A stretch of DNA of 64,000 bases from a virus, in IMG/VR virus record IMGVR_UViG_3300049893_003686; one strand, written 5' to 3'. The notes beneath the pieces are model-generated. The model ran no database searches. It worked only from the letters and a program-made list of their open reading frames with translations, and had not been told where the DNA came from. Shown here in pieces: positions 17,279 to 25,708 of this stretch (positions are counted from its first letter, which is position 1; each line of letters starts with the position of its first letter). The position numbers and the translations under genes are program-made.

Positions 17279-18409
17279 ATGAAATTCCCTATTATCGAGC
17301 ACACAATTTTACTTACAATAGCAGGCTCTAGGAGTTACGGTATGCACAAAAGTGACTCCGATATAGACCTAAAAGGGATAGCCATCCCTCCTATAGATTC
17401 CTATATTGGAGTTTTACCAAATTTCGAACAAGTAGAGTCATCAGAAGCAATGATGGTATATTATCCTCTACTATCGAATGATGAGAAAGATATTTCAGAT
17501 AAATATAAGCTTGAAGGGGTTATATATGATTTGCGTAAATTCATACGACTGGCATCTGGTTCAAATCCCAATATCTTAGATGTATTATTTTGCGATGATG
17601 AGCACGTCAGGTTCTCATCAAAGGCAGGAGATATCATAAGGGCTAGCAGAGATCTATTCATATCTGCACAGGCTAAGCATACATATTCTGGTTATGCAAC
17701 GGCGCAATTTAAGCGCATTAAGACTCATAGGGGATATCTGCTAAATGCTCCAAAGACAGAGCCAGACAGGAGTGAGTTCGGTCTATCAAAGGACCACTGC
17801 ATTCCACGTGCCCAGGTAGAGGCATCTTTATCAGAGATTAATAAGAAACTTGATGAGTGGGAATTAGATCTTAGCTCTATAGATTCTGAGTCTGACAGAA
17901 TGTCGATATTAAATAATATTGCACAAGTACTATCAGAAATAATGTCAACAACTGACTCTAAATGGAAGAGCTCCGCTAGAAACATCGGCTATGGCGATAA
18001 CCTTATTGAAATTCTAGACAAGGAGCGTAGATTTAGACAGGCTAAGAACGAATGGGATAAATATCAATATTGGAAGAAGGGGCGAAACTCAGCACGAGCG
18101 AAACTAGAAGAAAAATACGGGTATGATACCAAGCACGCTTCTCACTTAGTTAGATTAATGAGGATGTGTTATGAGATTTTAGTAGATGGCAAGGTCAATG
18201 TCAATCGCAAGAAAATAGATGCCGATGAATTAGTTGCGATTCGAGATGGCTCATGGAGCTACGATAAGCTAGAGGAATTCTTTATAACGATGGATAATAA
18301 ATGCAGCGAGCTGTATAATAGTAAGTCATATAGCATTCCACATAGGGTAGATATGAGTGCGATAAATGCATTGTGCGTACAACTCATCTCCGATAAGTAC
18401 AAAATGTGA
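17279..18409 (+). CDS. Pol-beta-superfamily nucleotidyltransferase, RlaP-like (RNA-repair-associated family)
   Basis: The N-terminal GSRSYGMHKSDSDIDLKG matches the G-S-x-x-Y-G..S-D-x-D minimal NTase motif of that family, as I recall it. Confidence 0.6.
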   Translation: MKFPIIEHTILLTIAGSRSYGMHKSDSDIDLKGIAIPPIDSYIGVLPNFEQVESSEAMMVYYPLLSNDEKDISDKYKLEGVIYDLRKFIRLASGSNPNILDVLFCDDEHVRFSSKAGDIIRASRDLFISAQAKHTYSGYATAQFKRIKTHRGYLLNAPKTEPDRSEFGLSKDHCIPRAQVEASLSEINKKLDEWELDLSSIDSESDRMSILNNIAQVLSEIMSTTDSKWKSSARNIGYGDNLIEILDKERRFRQAKNEWDKYQYWKKGRNSARAKLEEKYGYDTKHASHLVRLMRMCYEILVDGKVNVNRKKIDADELVAIRDGSWSYDKLEEFFITMDNKCSELYNSKSYSIPHRVDMSAINALCVQLISDKYKM

Positions 18410-18441
18410 TAGCTTTAACTTTTAAAAGAAAATTGTGATAT

Positions 18442-18644
18442 ATGAATATTAAAGATTTGGATTCAGATAATAAGAAGGTTAAATTTAAGTTTTATCGTAA
18501 GGGTTATATGTATTATGAGACTGATACAGGTTTCCAGTACCAGCAGACGATTGCGGCGATGCGACATTCTTAGCAGAAGACCGAGCCATGTTATTTATGC
18601 GCTATATAAGAAAAGAACTTGAATTGACTCAATCGAACGAGTAA
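18442..18644 (+). pseudogene. Small ORF split by a -1 frame change (43-aa N-part plus 34-aa C-part)
   Basis: ATG 18442 reads ..YYETDTGFQ and stops at 18571-18573. The -1 frame from ~18535 reads FPVPADDCGDATFLAEDRAMLFMRYIRKELELTQSNE up to the stop at 18642-18644. Confidence 0.35.
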
Positions 18645-18649
18645 TAGGC

Positions 18650-18997
18650 CTACAAGCCTAACTTATCAAGCTTATTATAGTACTGCCCATCTTCTTTCAG
18701 ATGAGCCCATGCTATACGTCCGGCATCAAGATAGTTGTGATGAATAACGTCAGTTTCTTGGTCATGCGAGCCATGCTCAAGCTCCACAGCTAATCCTCTG
18801 CGAAAATCATGCAAGCTAAATTTAGCAATACTGAAATCTATGCCTATAGCATCAGCTATTAATCTAGCCTCTTCAAGATCAAATGGAGGAGAGACGTCAT
18901 CTAAAATAGCAATAACGGTAATATCGACGGCATTAGCTAAAGAATAGTGAGCTATACTATCTAGATAATTAGCAATTTTAATTAAGGTATTTAGCAT
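18650..18997 (-). CDS. Hypothetical protein (ELEHG..AHL..YY block, DUF5661-like from memory)
   Basis: 115-aa minus-strand ORF. The N-terminal LIKIANYLDS..ANAVD motif is shared with 18999..19355 and 39464..39910. Confidence 0.65.
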   Translation of the reverse strand: MLNTLIKIANYLDSIAHYSLANAVDITVIAILDDVSPPFDLEEARLIADAIGIDFSIAKFSLHDFRRGLAVELEHGSHDQETDVIHHNYLDAGRIAWAHLKEDGQYYNKLDKLGL

Positions 18998-18998
18998 A

Positions 18999-19355
18999 TT
19001 AATCTCTGCCAGGCCGAGTGGATGCTATACTGACGGTAATTGATGGGTATTTTCGCTTCACTGACTTAACCACAATATTAACGAGTTCCTGTAGCGTACC
19101 ATCCCACCATTCAGGCCTCTTCTTAAATTGATTAACACGAGCTAGTGCATTTCTAGCTTGAGTCAAGCTTCCTAACGGAAAATGATCTCTATTATCAGTT
19201 ACCTTTGGATGAGCGCTTGGTATAGCAGGATTTGCGCGATTGCGTGATTCATTAGCTGAAGCAAGGTGAATAATAAGGTCATCAATAATATCAGCATAGG
19301 AGTACAACCCAGACTTGTCAAGTATATTGGCAATTTTATATAATTGTTCGATCAT
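18999..19355 (-). CDS. Hypothetical protein with the shared KIANxLD..AD.ID motif
   Basis: 118-aa minus-strand ORF. One nucleotide separates it from the downstream minus-strand gene. Confidence 0.65.
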   Translation of the reverse strand: MIEQLYKIANILDKSGLYSYADIIDDLIIHLASANESRNRANPAIPSAHPKVTDNRDHFPLGSLTQARNALARVNQFKKRPEWWDGTLQELVNIVVKSVKRKYPSITVSIASTRPGRD

Positions 19356-19375
19356 TTAAAGCCTCGAGGAGAAAA

Positions 19376-20062
19376 ATGCATTCTATAGTTACATATTATA
19401 ATAATAGAAATGGAGAGACAACTGAAATAATACAATCGATCATTCCGCACTCTCAAGTAGATTTTGATATAGATACATCTCAGTATTATACTCTCGATCC
19501 AGTCACAGAAAAGATGGTCTTACTTCACTCATTTAATGATGAGCCGTGCTTGATTGAAGTCGCGGATAGGCGCCATTGGATGTGGTATGGTGTCCTGCAT
19601 CGGACGTCAGGTCCGGCATTCGAGACATCATCAAATCAAGAATGGTTTGTATTTGGTCAGCCACTTGATCTAGAAGAGTTTGACCAATACAAGGACTATC
19701 TATTTAAAGTTGAGGCGATGGCATTGGCAAATGATATAGCCATGTACGACATTTCCCAGTCTTGCATAGTTGATAATGATGAGAGTATGAGCAAGTACAA
19801 ATACTGCTTATGCTTTCGCGACGAGAGAGAGATAATTCACTATGCGGCACACAATTCAGTTCCACTTAAAAATCTACAAACTGGAGAGGTATCGGTAGTT
19901 AAGCTGGACGAACTTAATGATGAAATTAATAAAGAGTACAATGTAGGCAGTACGATAGCTCTATCTATTATAGGAGCAGCCACAATAGCTATGATCAATA
20001 ATCTTTCTAATCCTAAGAAGGAATTAGTTACGGCAACAGATCGGAGGCAAATTAATGCTTGA
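19376..20062 (+). CDS. Hypothetical protein with a MORN/YwqK-like segment and a C-terminal TM helix
   Basis: GAGGAG SD. The segment WMWYGVLHRTSGPAFE..EWFVFGQP and the hydrophobic stretch IALSIIGAATIAMI. Confidence 0.65.
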   Translation: MHSIVTYYNNRNGETTEIIQSIIPHSQVDFDIDTSQYYTLDPVTEKMVLLHSFNDEPCLIEVADRRHWMWYGVLHRTSGPAFETSSNQEWFVFGQPLDLEEFDQYKDYLFKVEAMALANDIAMYDISQSCIVDNDESMSKYKYCLCFRDEREIIHYAAHNSVPLKNLQTGEVSVVKLDELNDEINKEYNVGSTIALSIIGAATIAMINNLSNPKKELVTATDRRQINA

Positions 20063-20672
20063 CTTAAATAACCATAGCCTCTCAGTGCAATATAAGAATT
20101 ATACATTAAGCCATTGTCAACATCCATCAAAGTTTGTAATAAATACATTCAAACGACATGGTCAAATAACATATTTTTACCTCGCAAAATATAATGTCGA
20201 TAAATGTGGAGAGTATGACTATCACTACAATTCTACAAATCAATACATCACCCTTCCAATAGACAAAATTAGTTCAACACGAGATATAATAGAAGTATGT
20301 GGCGCGAGAGGTATGAGCGAGATTGGGATAACCTCACTTGTGAAAACAATACATGGAAATGCCAACCTTCCTATGATAGATTTTATAGGAAGGCCGCCAA
20401 TAGAAGAAATACAACAATTGTGCATAAAGCTAGCAGATATATTTAATATGGATAGGGTATTTGAAATATATGACAGTGGAAACTCATATCACGCATATTT
20501 CGCTAGCTTATTAGAGCCAGACCACTATAAGGAATACTTGTCATTATTAAAAGATTATAGTATAGTAGATCGTGGTTGGGTTCATTATGCGCTAAGGGGT
20601 CAGACGCCTGTAGCTGTACTCAGATGGTCAGCATTCACAGGTATAAAGGGTGTAATATCAAAAATCGCATGA
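20055..20672 (+). CDS. Hypothetical protein (weak primase-polymerase-like SGNSYHAYF motif)
   Basis: 205-aa ORF. The motif resemblance to the AEP sGxGxH block is weak. Confidence 0.6.
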   Translation: MLDLNNHSLSVQYKNYTLSHCQHPSKFVINTFKRHGQITYFYLAKYNVDKCGEYDYHYNSTNQYITLPIDKISSTRDIIEVCGARGMSEIGITSLVKTIHGNANLPMIDFIGRPPIEEIQQLCIKLADIFNMDRVFEIYDSGNSYHAYFASLLEPDHYKEYLSLLKDYSIVDRGWVHYALRGQTPVAVLRWSAFTGIKGVISKIA

Positions 20673-21322
20673 TTAAAAGTATAACACAAATACCGTTAAC
20701 CTTTCATTGGTCGGTATCGGGAATGATAGCACTTTCTTCTATCATTAGTGGTCCAATAGGAATCTATTATGCTTTTGCAATCTTCCTTTCGGTAATCATA
20801 CATGAATATGCTCATGCTATAGCAGCAAGCAGTCGTGGATTCACTACATCCGGCATTACCATTCATGGTTTTGGAGGAATGGCCAATATAACTGGGTTAG
20901 CGACAGCAAATCAGAGAGATGTAGCTATCATCGCTCTTGCAGGTCCATTAGCCAATGCCGTTGTGGCCGGAATTATGCTCCCAATGACAACTATAGTCCT
21001 AAATACAGGACTAACTACATTATATACTATATGTAATATTCTGCTATTATCAAACATATATATGGCTATAGTGAATATGGCTCCAGTATATCCACTAGAT
21101 GGCGGAAAAGCGCTATCCGCGCTACTAAAGATACACTTTGGCTATTATAAATCTGAACAAATCACTCAAAGAATATGCGCCATATTCCTTATTGCCATGT
21201 GGATAGTAACACTTTCACACCTTCACTCTCTAATAGAGACAACTATACTTCTATCTATTATTGGAATTATATCACTTAGCCTTAACAAAAAGAAAGATAT
21301 TGATTATTCAAAAGTAGATTAA
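20669..21322 (+). CDS. M50-family (site-2 protease-like) membrane metalloprotease
   Basis: HEYAH (HExxH) lies in a TM segment, NMAPVYPLDGG supplies the second motif, and the protein is multi-pass hydrophobic. ATG 20669 forms an ATGA overlap with the upstream stop. Confidence 0.8.
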   Translation: MIKSITQIPLTFHWSVSGMIALSSIISGPIGIYYAFAIFLSVIIHEYAHAIAASSRGFTTSGITIHGFGGMANITGLATANQRDVAIIALAGPLANAVVAGIMLPMTTIVLNTGLTTLYTICNILLLSNIYMAIVNMAPVYPLDGGKALSALLKIHFGYYKSEQITQRICAIFLIAMWIVTLSHLHSLIETTILLSIIGIISLSLNKKKDIDYSKVD

Positions 21323-21406
21323 AAAATTAATTACAGAGTACTGCTCCCGATATCATAGAACTAGTTGCACTAATTGCGGTTTATCCGCAGCATAGGAGAG
21401 AAATAA

Positions 21407-21607
21407 GTGACCACACATGTAGTATATCAAAGCACGGAACATACATTCATTATGTCTATTGATGATGAGGCGGAATTTGTGGCTCGCTTTTTTGGCGAAG
21501 ATGGTATTGACAATGATGAGTGGGAGAGGTTTGAGGTAGATGGTCCTGTAGAAATTGAGACCGCCAAACCATCAATTATTGATGTATATGAGACATATGA
21601 TATGTAA
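21407..21607 (+). CDS. Hypothetical acidic protein
   Basis: 66-aa ORF with a GTG start and AGGAGAG upstream. Confidence 0.45.
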   Translation: MTTHVVYQSTEHTFIMSIDDEAEFVARFFGEDGIDNDEWERFEVDGPVEIETAKPSIIDVYETYDM

Positions 21608-21655
21608 GTTATCTATTTAGATTCATGATATGAAAAGTTAGATCAGCTACCAAAT

Positions 21656-21785
21656 AGCGACATGGTGAAGTGGTATCACGTGAGAACAAACATCTCGGTT
21701 CTTTATAACCTTGCCAGATCTATGGCCGAATAAGAATCGTTATCTTAGTCAATCTTAAATCTCCTGTTCGATTCAGGATGTCGCT
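21656..21785 (+). tRNA. tRNA-like gene with canonical acceptor, D and T arms but about 60 nt of extra sequence in the anticodon/variable region; anticodon unassigned
   Basis: Acceptor AGCGACA/TGTCGCT, then T8-G9. D arm GTGA-AGTGGTA-TCAC with G18-G19. T arm TCCTG-TTCGATT-CAGGA. The 82 nt between 21680 and 21761 replace the expected ~23 nt. Confidence 0.5.
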
Positions 21786-21806
21786 GTCTTTTCAGGATTA
21801 GATATA

Positions 21807-22088
21807 ATGAATAAAATATGGATGTTAACTGCAGTAGTATTACTATCAGCATGTAATGATTCGCAATATGCACGACAAAAGGCATGTAAATCCGTACTAA
21901 CAATCTACTGTCATAAAGTAGCAGAATGCAGCTCTTCTTCAGAAGAAGAGTGCCTAGAGTTCATTGAAAGTAATGCATTGTGCAATAAAGAGATCAAATC
22001 TTATGTTAAGGAAATTTCAGAATGCGGCAAGGCTCTAAGTGCTAATGACTGTACTGGTCTGCCAGCAGAATGTACTACTCTAGAATAA
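21807..22088 (+). CDS. Cys-rich lipoprotein
   Basis: Signal peptide with a lipobox (VVLLSAC) and multiple Cys residues in the mature part. Confidence 0.7.
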   Translation: MNKIWMLTAVVLLSACNDSQYARQKACKSVLTIYCHKVAECSSSSEEECLEFIESNALCNKEIKSYVKEISECGKALSANDCTGLPAECTTLE

Positions 22089-22094
22089 AGATCC

Positions 22095-22781
22095 CTATAC
22101 AAGCCTTCTAGCATGTTCAAGAACAGCCCTAACCTCAGACCAGGACACTATCAAACTAATAGTGTTATGAACATGCATATCCTCTCCTGCATGAAATATA
22201 TGCTCTACGAGGGCGTGTACAACTCCTATAACCTGACCATTATGCAATGATATAACAGGGCCGCCAGATTCGCCGGGATAGCTAATACCTTTACTGACCA
22301 ATAACGACACTCCATTACTGGTAGTATAATCCATTATAATACCTTCTTCAAAGATAAATTGCTGCTGATAATAACCGGGATAGCCCATACTTACAATAGA
22401 GCTTCCTATCTTAGGCATACCATAAAGTCTTTCGCTCCACAGTATCATTGGCTGACCCTTAAAGCCCATAGCCTCAAATACAGCCACGTCCCTATCATTA
22501 TCTACTAGAATTTGTCTCACAGAGTATACTAGCTCCATATCATCTACAATAGTATACTCCTTAGTGTGCTGCAGGCAGTGCCCTGCAGTAATAAAAAGGT
22601 TTCGTCCAACATAAAAGGCGCTGCAACTACTATCATCAGTTTGCAGCCTGACGACAGCATGTCGAGACTCGGATATGCGGGTGGGTAAAAGGTCATACTC
22701 TACACCCTTACTATCTAGGCGACACCCTATTAGTGCAAGTAATAGATAGGATAGGAATAAGAGATATCTGAGCATACTCAT
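22095..22781 (-). CDS. Trypsin-like (S1) serine protease, probably a lipoprotein
   Basis: TAGHC (His), a catalytic-Asp candidate (..NDRDVAV..) and GESGGPV (Ser). The N-terminal LLALIGC is a lipobox. Confidence 0.85.
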   Translation of the reverse strand: MSMLRYLLFLSYLLLALIGCRLDSKGVEYDLLPTRISESRHAVVRLQTDDSSCSAFYVGRNLFITAGHCLQHTKEYTIVDDMELVYSVRQILVDNDRDVAVFEAMGFKGQPMILWSERLYGMPKIGSSIVSMGYPGYYQQQFIFEEGIIMDYTTSNGVSLLVSKGISYPGESGGPVISLHNGQVIGVVHALVEHIFHAGEDMHVHNTISLIVSWSEVRAVLEHARRLV

Positions 22782-22845
22782 ATCAAATATTAACTTATAT
22801 TGGTAGATAATTATATTAGTGACTAATATAAGCTGGGGACTATAA

Positions 22846-23052
22846 ATGGTATCTACAATGATAATATGTATGTTACTTGGGGTAGCATTAGGTACACCAA
22901 TCGGCGGACTTCTAGCTACGTCTTTTCAAGAAAATCGTTGTGGCGATGAATCATGTCATGGCCGCAAAAGTTCGGTGTGTATAGATGGTCTATGCTCACG
23001 TCACTGTCGTGATCTTCACAACAATAAATGCACTAAAGCATTTATAATGTAG
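22846..23052 (+). CDS. Small membrane/Cys-rich protein
   Basis: N-terminal TM helix followed by 7 Cys in 40 aa. Confidence 0.5.
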   Translation: MVSTMIICMLLGVALGTPIGGLLATSFQENRCGDESCHGRKSSVCIDGLCSRHCRDLHNNKCTKAFIM

Positions 23053-23113
23053 TAATTACTAATGTGGTAAAGCAAGCTATTTCGGCAGCACTATATTTAG
23101 GAGAGAGATAAGT

Positions 23114-23926
23114 ATGAAAAATTTTACGAGATTAGTTGGCGCACTTTCTATTGCTCTATTGCATGGCTGCGGCTGTGAAATTGTTGATCCAGGAAATAGA
23201 GGTGTGGTGGTAGAATGGGGTAAAGTACAAGAGCCAGCAAGAGGAGAGGGATTCCAAACTTATTGTCCAATTGGTTGTACCTTAGAGCAAGTAAGTGTGC
23301 GACAGCAAAAAATCGACGTAGCTGCACCATGCTTCAGCAGTGATTTACAACAGGTAAATCTTAATGTCACAGTCATGTATCGCATTCCTGAAAAGTCAGT
23401 TCCAGCTATTTTTCGAGATTTCCACGGAGAACCATTCGATGTACTAGTGTCACCACGAGTGCAGGAATCGATCAAAGAGGCTACAGCCACACGATCTGCT
23501 GAGATGATTGTTAAGGAAAGAGAAACAGTAAAGAATCTGGCACTTGAAGCAGTACGTAAAAAGGTTGGGCCAATCCTTGTAATTGAGGATATGATTATTT
23601 CAGATGTTAAATTAAGCAAGCAACTAACCGACTCAATTGAAAGCAAAATGGTACAAGAACAAGAAGCCGCAAAGGCGAAGTATATGCAACAACAAAAGCA
23701 AATTGAAGCAGATACTCGCGTATTGGAGGCCACTGCAGAGGCAAAGGCCACTCTAGCTCGTGCTCAAGCCGAGGCAGAGTCAATCAAAATTCGCGGCGAG
23801 GCACTGCAGGAGAATCCTGGAGTAGTCCAATTGCAACTGATTGAAAAGTGGAATGGCATTAGTCCCCAGATTATTTCCGGAGCAAGCGGAATAAATGTAC
23901 TACTACCAGCCTCAACCACAAAATAG
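23114..23926 (+). CDS. SPFH/band-7 (prohibitin-like) protein, lipoprotein-type signal
   Basis: The signal ends LLHGC. The SPFH core (..VVVEWGKV..NLNVTVMYRI..) is followed by an Ala/Glu/Gln-rich coiled coil. Confidence 0.85.
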   Translation: MKNFTRLVGALSIALLHGCGCEIVDPGNRGVVVEWGKVQEPARGEGFQTYCPIGCTLEQVSVRQQKIDVAAPCFSSDLQQVNLNVTVMYRIPEKSVPAIFRDFHGEPFDVLVSPRVQESIKEATATRSAEMIVKERETVKNLALEAVRKKVGPILVIEDMIISDVKLSKQLTDSIESKMVQEQEAAKAKYMQQQKQIEADTRVLEATAEAKATLARAQAEAESIKIRGEALQENPGVVQLQLIEKWNGISPQIISGASGINVLLPASTTK

Positions 23927-24148
23927 TAGGCCGACAACTTACAGCATAAGTACGTCGAGGTATTCATGAAAATGATGTATATAAAATAATTTATATAGTA
24001 TGGATACCTATAAGAAGTAAATTAGCTATAGTTACATCAACTAGGTCTAGCGCTAATCATGTAGATTAATGATGATGGGACGGAAGCTATTTATGAAGTA
24101 GCAGACTACAGAGATGGCCCAGACGACATCTTTTTTGCAGAGAAAGAT

Positions 24149-24640
24149 GTGCCATTAGAAAAGATAGAAATATTATCAATGAGTCTCTGCGCAGAAAAGG
24201 AGATAACAATGGATGACAATTATATCGGATATTTTTTATATTCCACAAATAACGACGAGACTCTTATTACCGAAGCACTTAGTCTTTTTACTGATATTGA
24301 ACTACTTTGTAGTTGGATAGAGGAGTTTCTTATAGATAATCCTAATTCGAATATCTTTTTCGAAATGTTGCTCTTAAATCCTTCACCAGGAAGCTATCAT
24401 ATTGATAACTCACATTATAGTGGAGAAGGAGCAATCCTTCACACAATGAAAAACGGGCATATTGAAGAGATCCTCTGTATGTTTACTGATACAGATAAAT
24501 TTATCGAATGGGCAGAAGATTTCGTCAAAAAGAACCCATCGATAGATCTTTACTATACTGTATTAGCAGTAAATCCGCTTCCAGGAGAGCGGCTGCATAC
24601 TACAGAGCGCTATCGTGCAATTAAAATGTTATCAAGATAA
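24149..24640 (+). CDS. Hypothetical protein with an internal two-fold duplication
   Basis: The halves ..FTDIELLCSWIEEFLIDNPNSNIFFEMLLLNPSPG.. and ..FTDTDKFIEWAEDFVKKNPSIDLYYTVLAVNPLPG.. align. The start is uncertain (GTG 24149, ATG 24179 or ATG 24209). Confidence 0.55.
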   Translation: MPLEKIEILSMSLCAEKEITMDDNYIGYFLYSTNNDETLITEALSLFTDIELLCSWIEEFLIDNPNSNIFFEMLLLNPSPGSYHIDNSHYSGEGAILHTMKNGHIEEILCMFTDTDKFIEWAEDFVKKNPSIDLYYTVLAVNPLPGERLHTTERYRAIKMLSR

Positions 24641-24660
24641 GGTCAGTAGGTGATTGAAGA

Positions 24661-25164
24661 GTGAAACTTAATGATCTTAAGAATTTCCCGCCCTCCTATA
24701 AACTGAGCCACTTATTGTCACTACAGCGTATCACTCCAGAGTATGGCACGAATATATGCCATCGGTATAGTTATTGGGATGGAATTCTTTCAGGAATACT
24801 AAGGTGGAATGGAGGACTATTCTATTTTCACTGCATTCTTGATGAAATGGATTTTGCCCTTCCGGTATCATCAAATCCACATGATTCAGGCATCGGGTTT
24901 GAACATACTTCTGACGGCACGAGGAGATACTACGCTGTATGTTTGTACTCAACAGCTAAGATGATAGATATGGTAAGAACTGCCGTGTCGCACAGAAGGT
25001 ATGTGAACCCACGGGGTGATTATCGTTATATGGCTAGGCACAATCTTTCAGAAAGTACATTGCTATCAAAAAAGAATGATCGGCCATCATGGTCAAATAG
25101 AAATCTCCGTAAGGTACGTGAGGAGCCCTACGATGGCGAGGTAATTGCCTGGTTTACTCTATAA
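24661..25164 (+). CDS. Hypothetical protein
   Basis: 167-aa ORF with a GTG start. Confidence 0.5.
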   Translation: MKLNDLKNFPPSYKLSHLLSLQRITPEYGTNICHRYSYWDGILSGILRWNGGLFYFHCILDEMDFALPVSSNPHDSGIGFEHTSDGTRRYYAVCLYSTAKMIDMVRTAVSHRRYVNPRGDYRYMARHNLSESTLLSKKNDRPSWSNRNLRKVREEPYDGEVIAWFTL

Positions 25165-25226
25165 TACTATATTTGTTATATAAACATAATTTCCTTATCT
25201 AGAAAAAGGTAACCTGGTGGTGGTTA

Positions 25227-25496
25227 ATGAAAATACTTGAAGTAGACTTCTATTTGGATGGCGGTTCAGCAAAGATTGTTACAGATAATGGCATCTATTT
25301 TGTAAATAGAAGAGTTGATGCTAAAGATAATTGGTGCGAACTATATGATAGGTATCCTGGAGATCGTGAGGCAAAAAAGATATCTCTAGATAAAGACTTG
25401 CTAATCTCTGCTCTAAAAGAATTTACTGTAAACACAGAGATGTCTAATTCTCTAAATTTACTATTAGAACATCTAATAGGCAATGATGTGGCGTGA
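25227..25496 (+). CDS. Hypothetical protein
   Basis: 89-aa ORF with GGTGGTGG upstream. Confidence 0.6.
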   Translation: MKILEVDFYLDGGSAKIVTDNGIYFVNRRVDAKDNWCELYDRYPGDREAKKISLDKDLLISALKEFTVNTEMSNSLNLLLEHLIGNDVA

Positions 25497-25567
25497 TAAT
25501 TAATTGCTCCGGATATCTGGGAGTACACATATAATATAGCATAGGTAGTTGATAACAACAACAAAAT

Positions 25568-25643
25568 GCGCCTGTAGCTCAGCGGATAGAGTACTTGTCT
25601 TCTAAATAAGGTGTCGTAGGTTCGAATCCTACCAGGCGCGCCA
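25568..25643 (+). tRNA. tRNA-Arg (anticodon TCT), CCA encoded
   Basis: Cloverleaf read by hand. Acceptor GCGCCTG/CAGGCGC. D arm GCTC-AGCGGATA-GAGT. Anticodon arm CTTGT-CTTCTAA-ATAAG. Variable loop GTGTC. T arm GTAGG-TTCGAAT-CCTAC. Discriminator G followed by CCA. Confidence 0.9.
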
Positions 25644-25708
25644 CTTAGTCAGTTAATTAATCACTCCATACTGCTATCTCGTAGATAATATCGTTCACAA
25701 CGTCATAT

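Noticed and set aside
23148-23967. Antisense ORFs of 60-163 aa opposite the SPFH gene
   Set aside because: They are shadow ORFs: Ser/Cys-rich and without an SD, lying opposite a well-supported gene.
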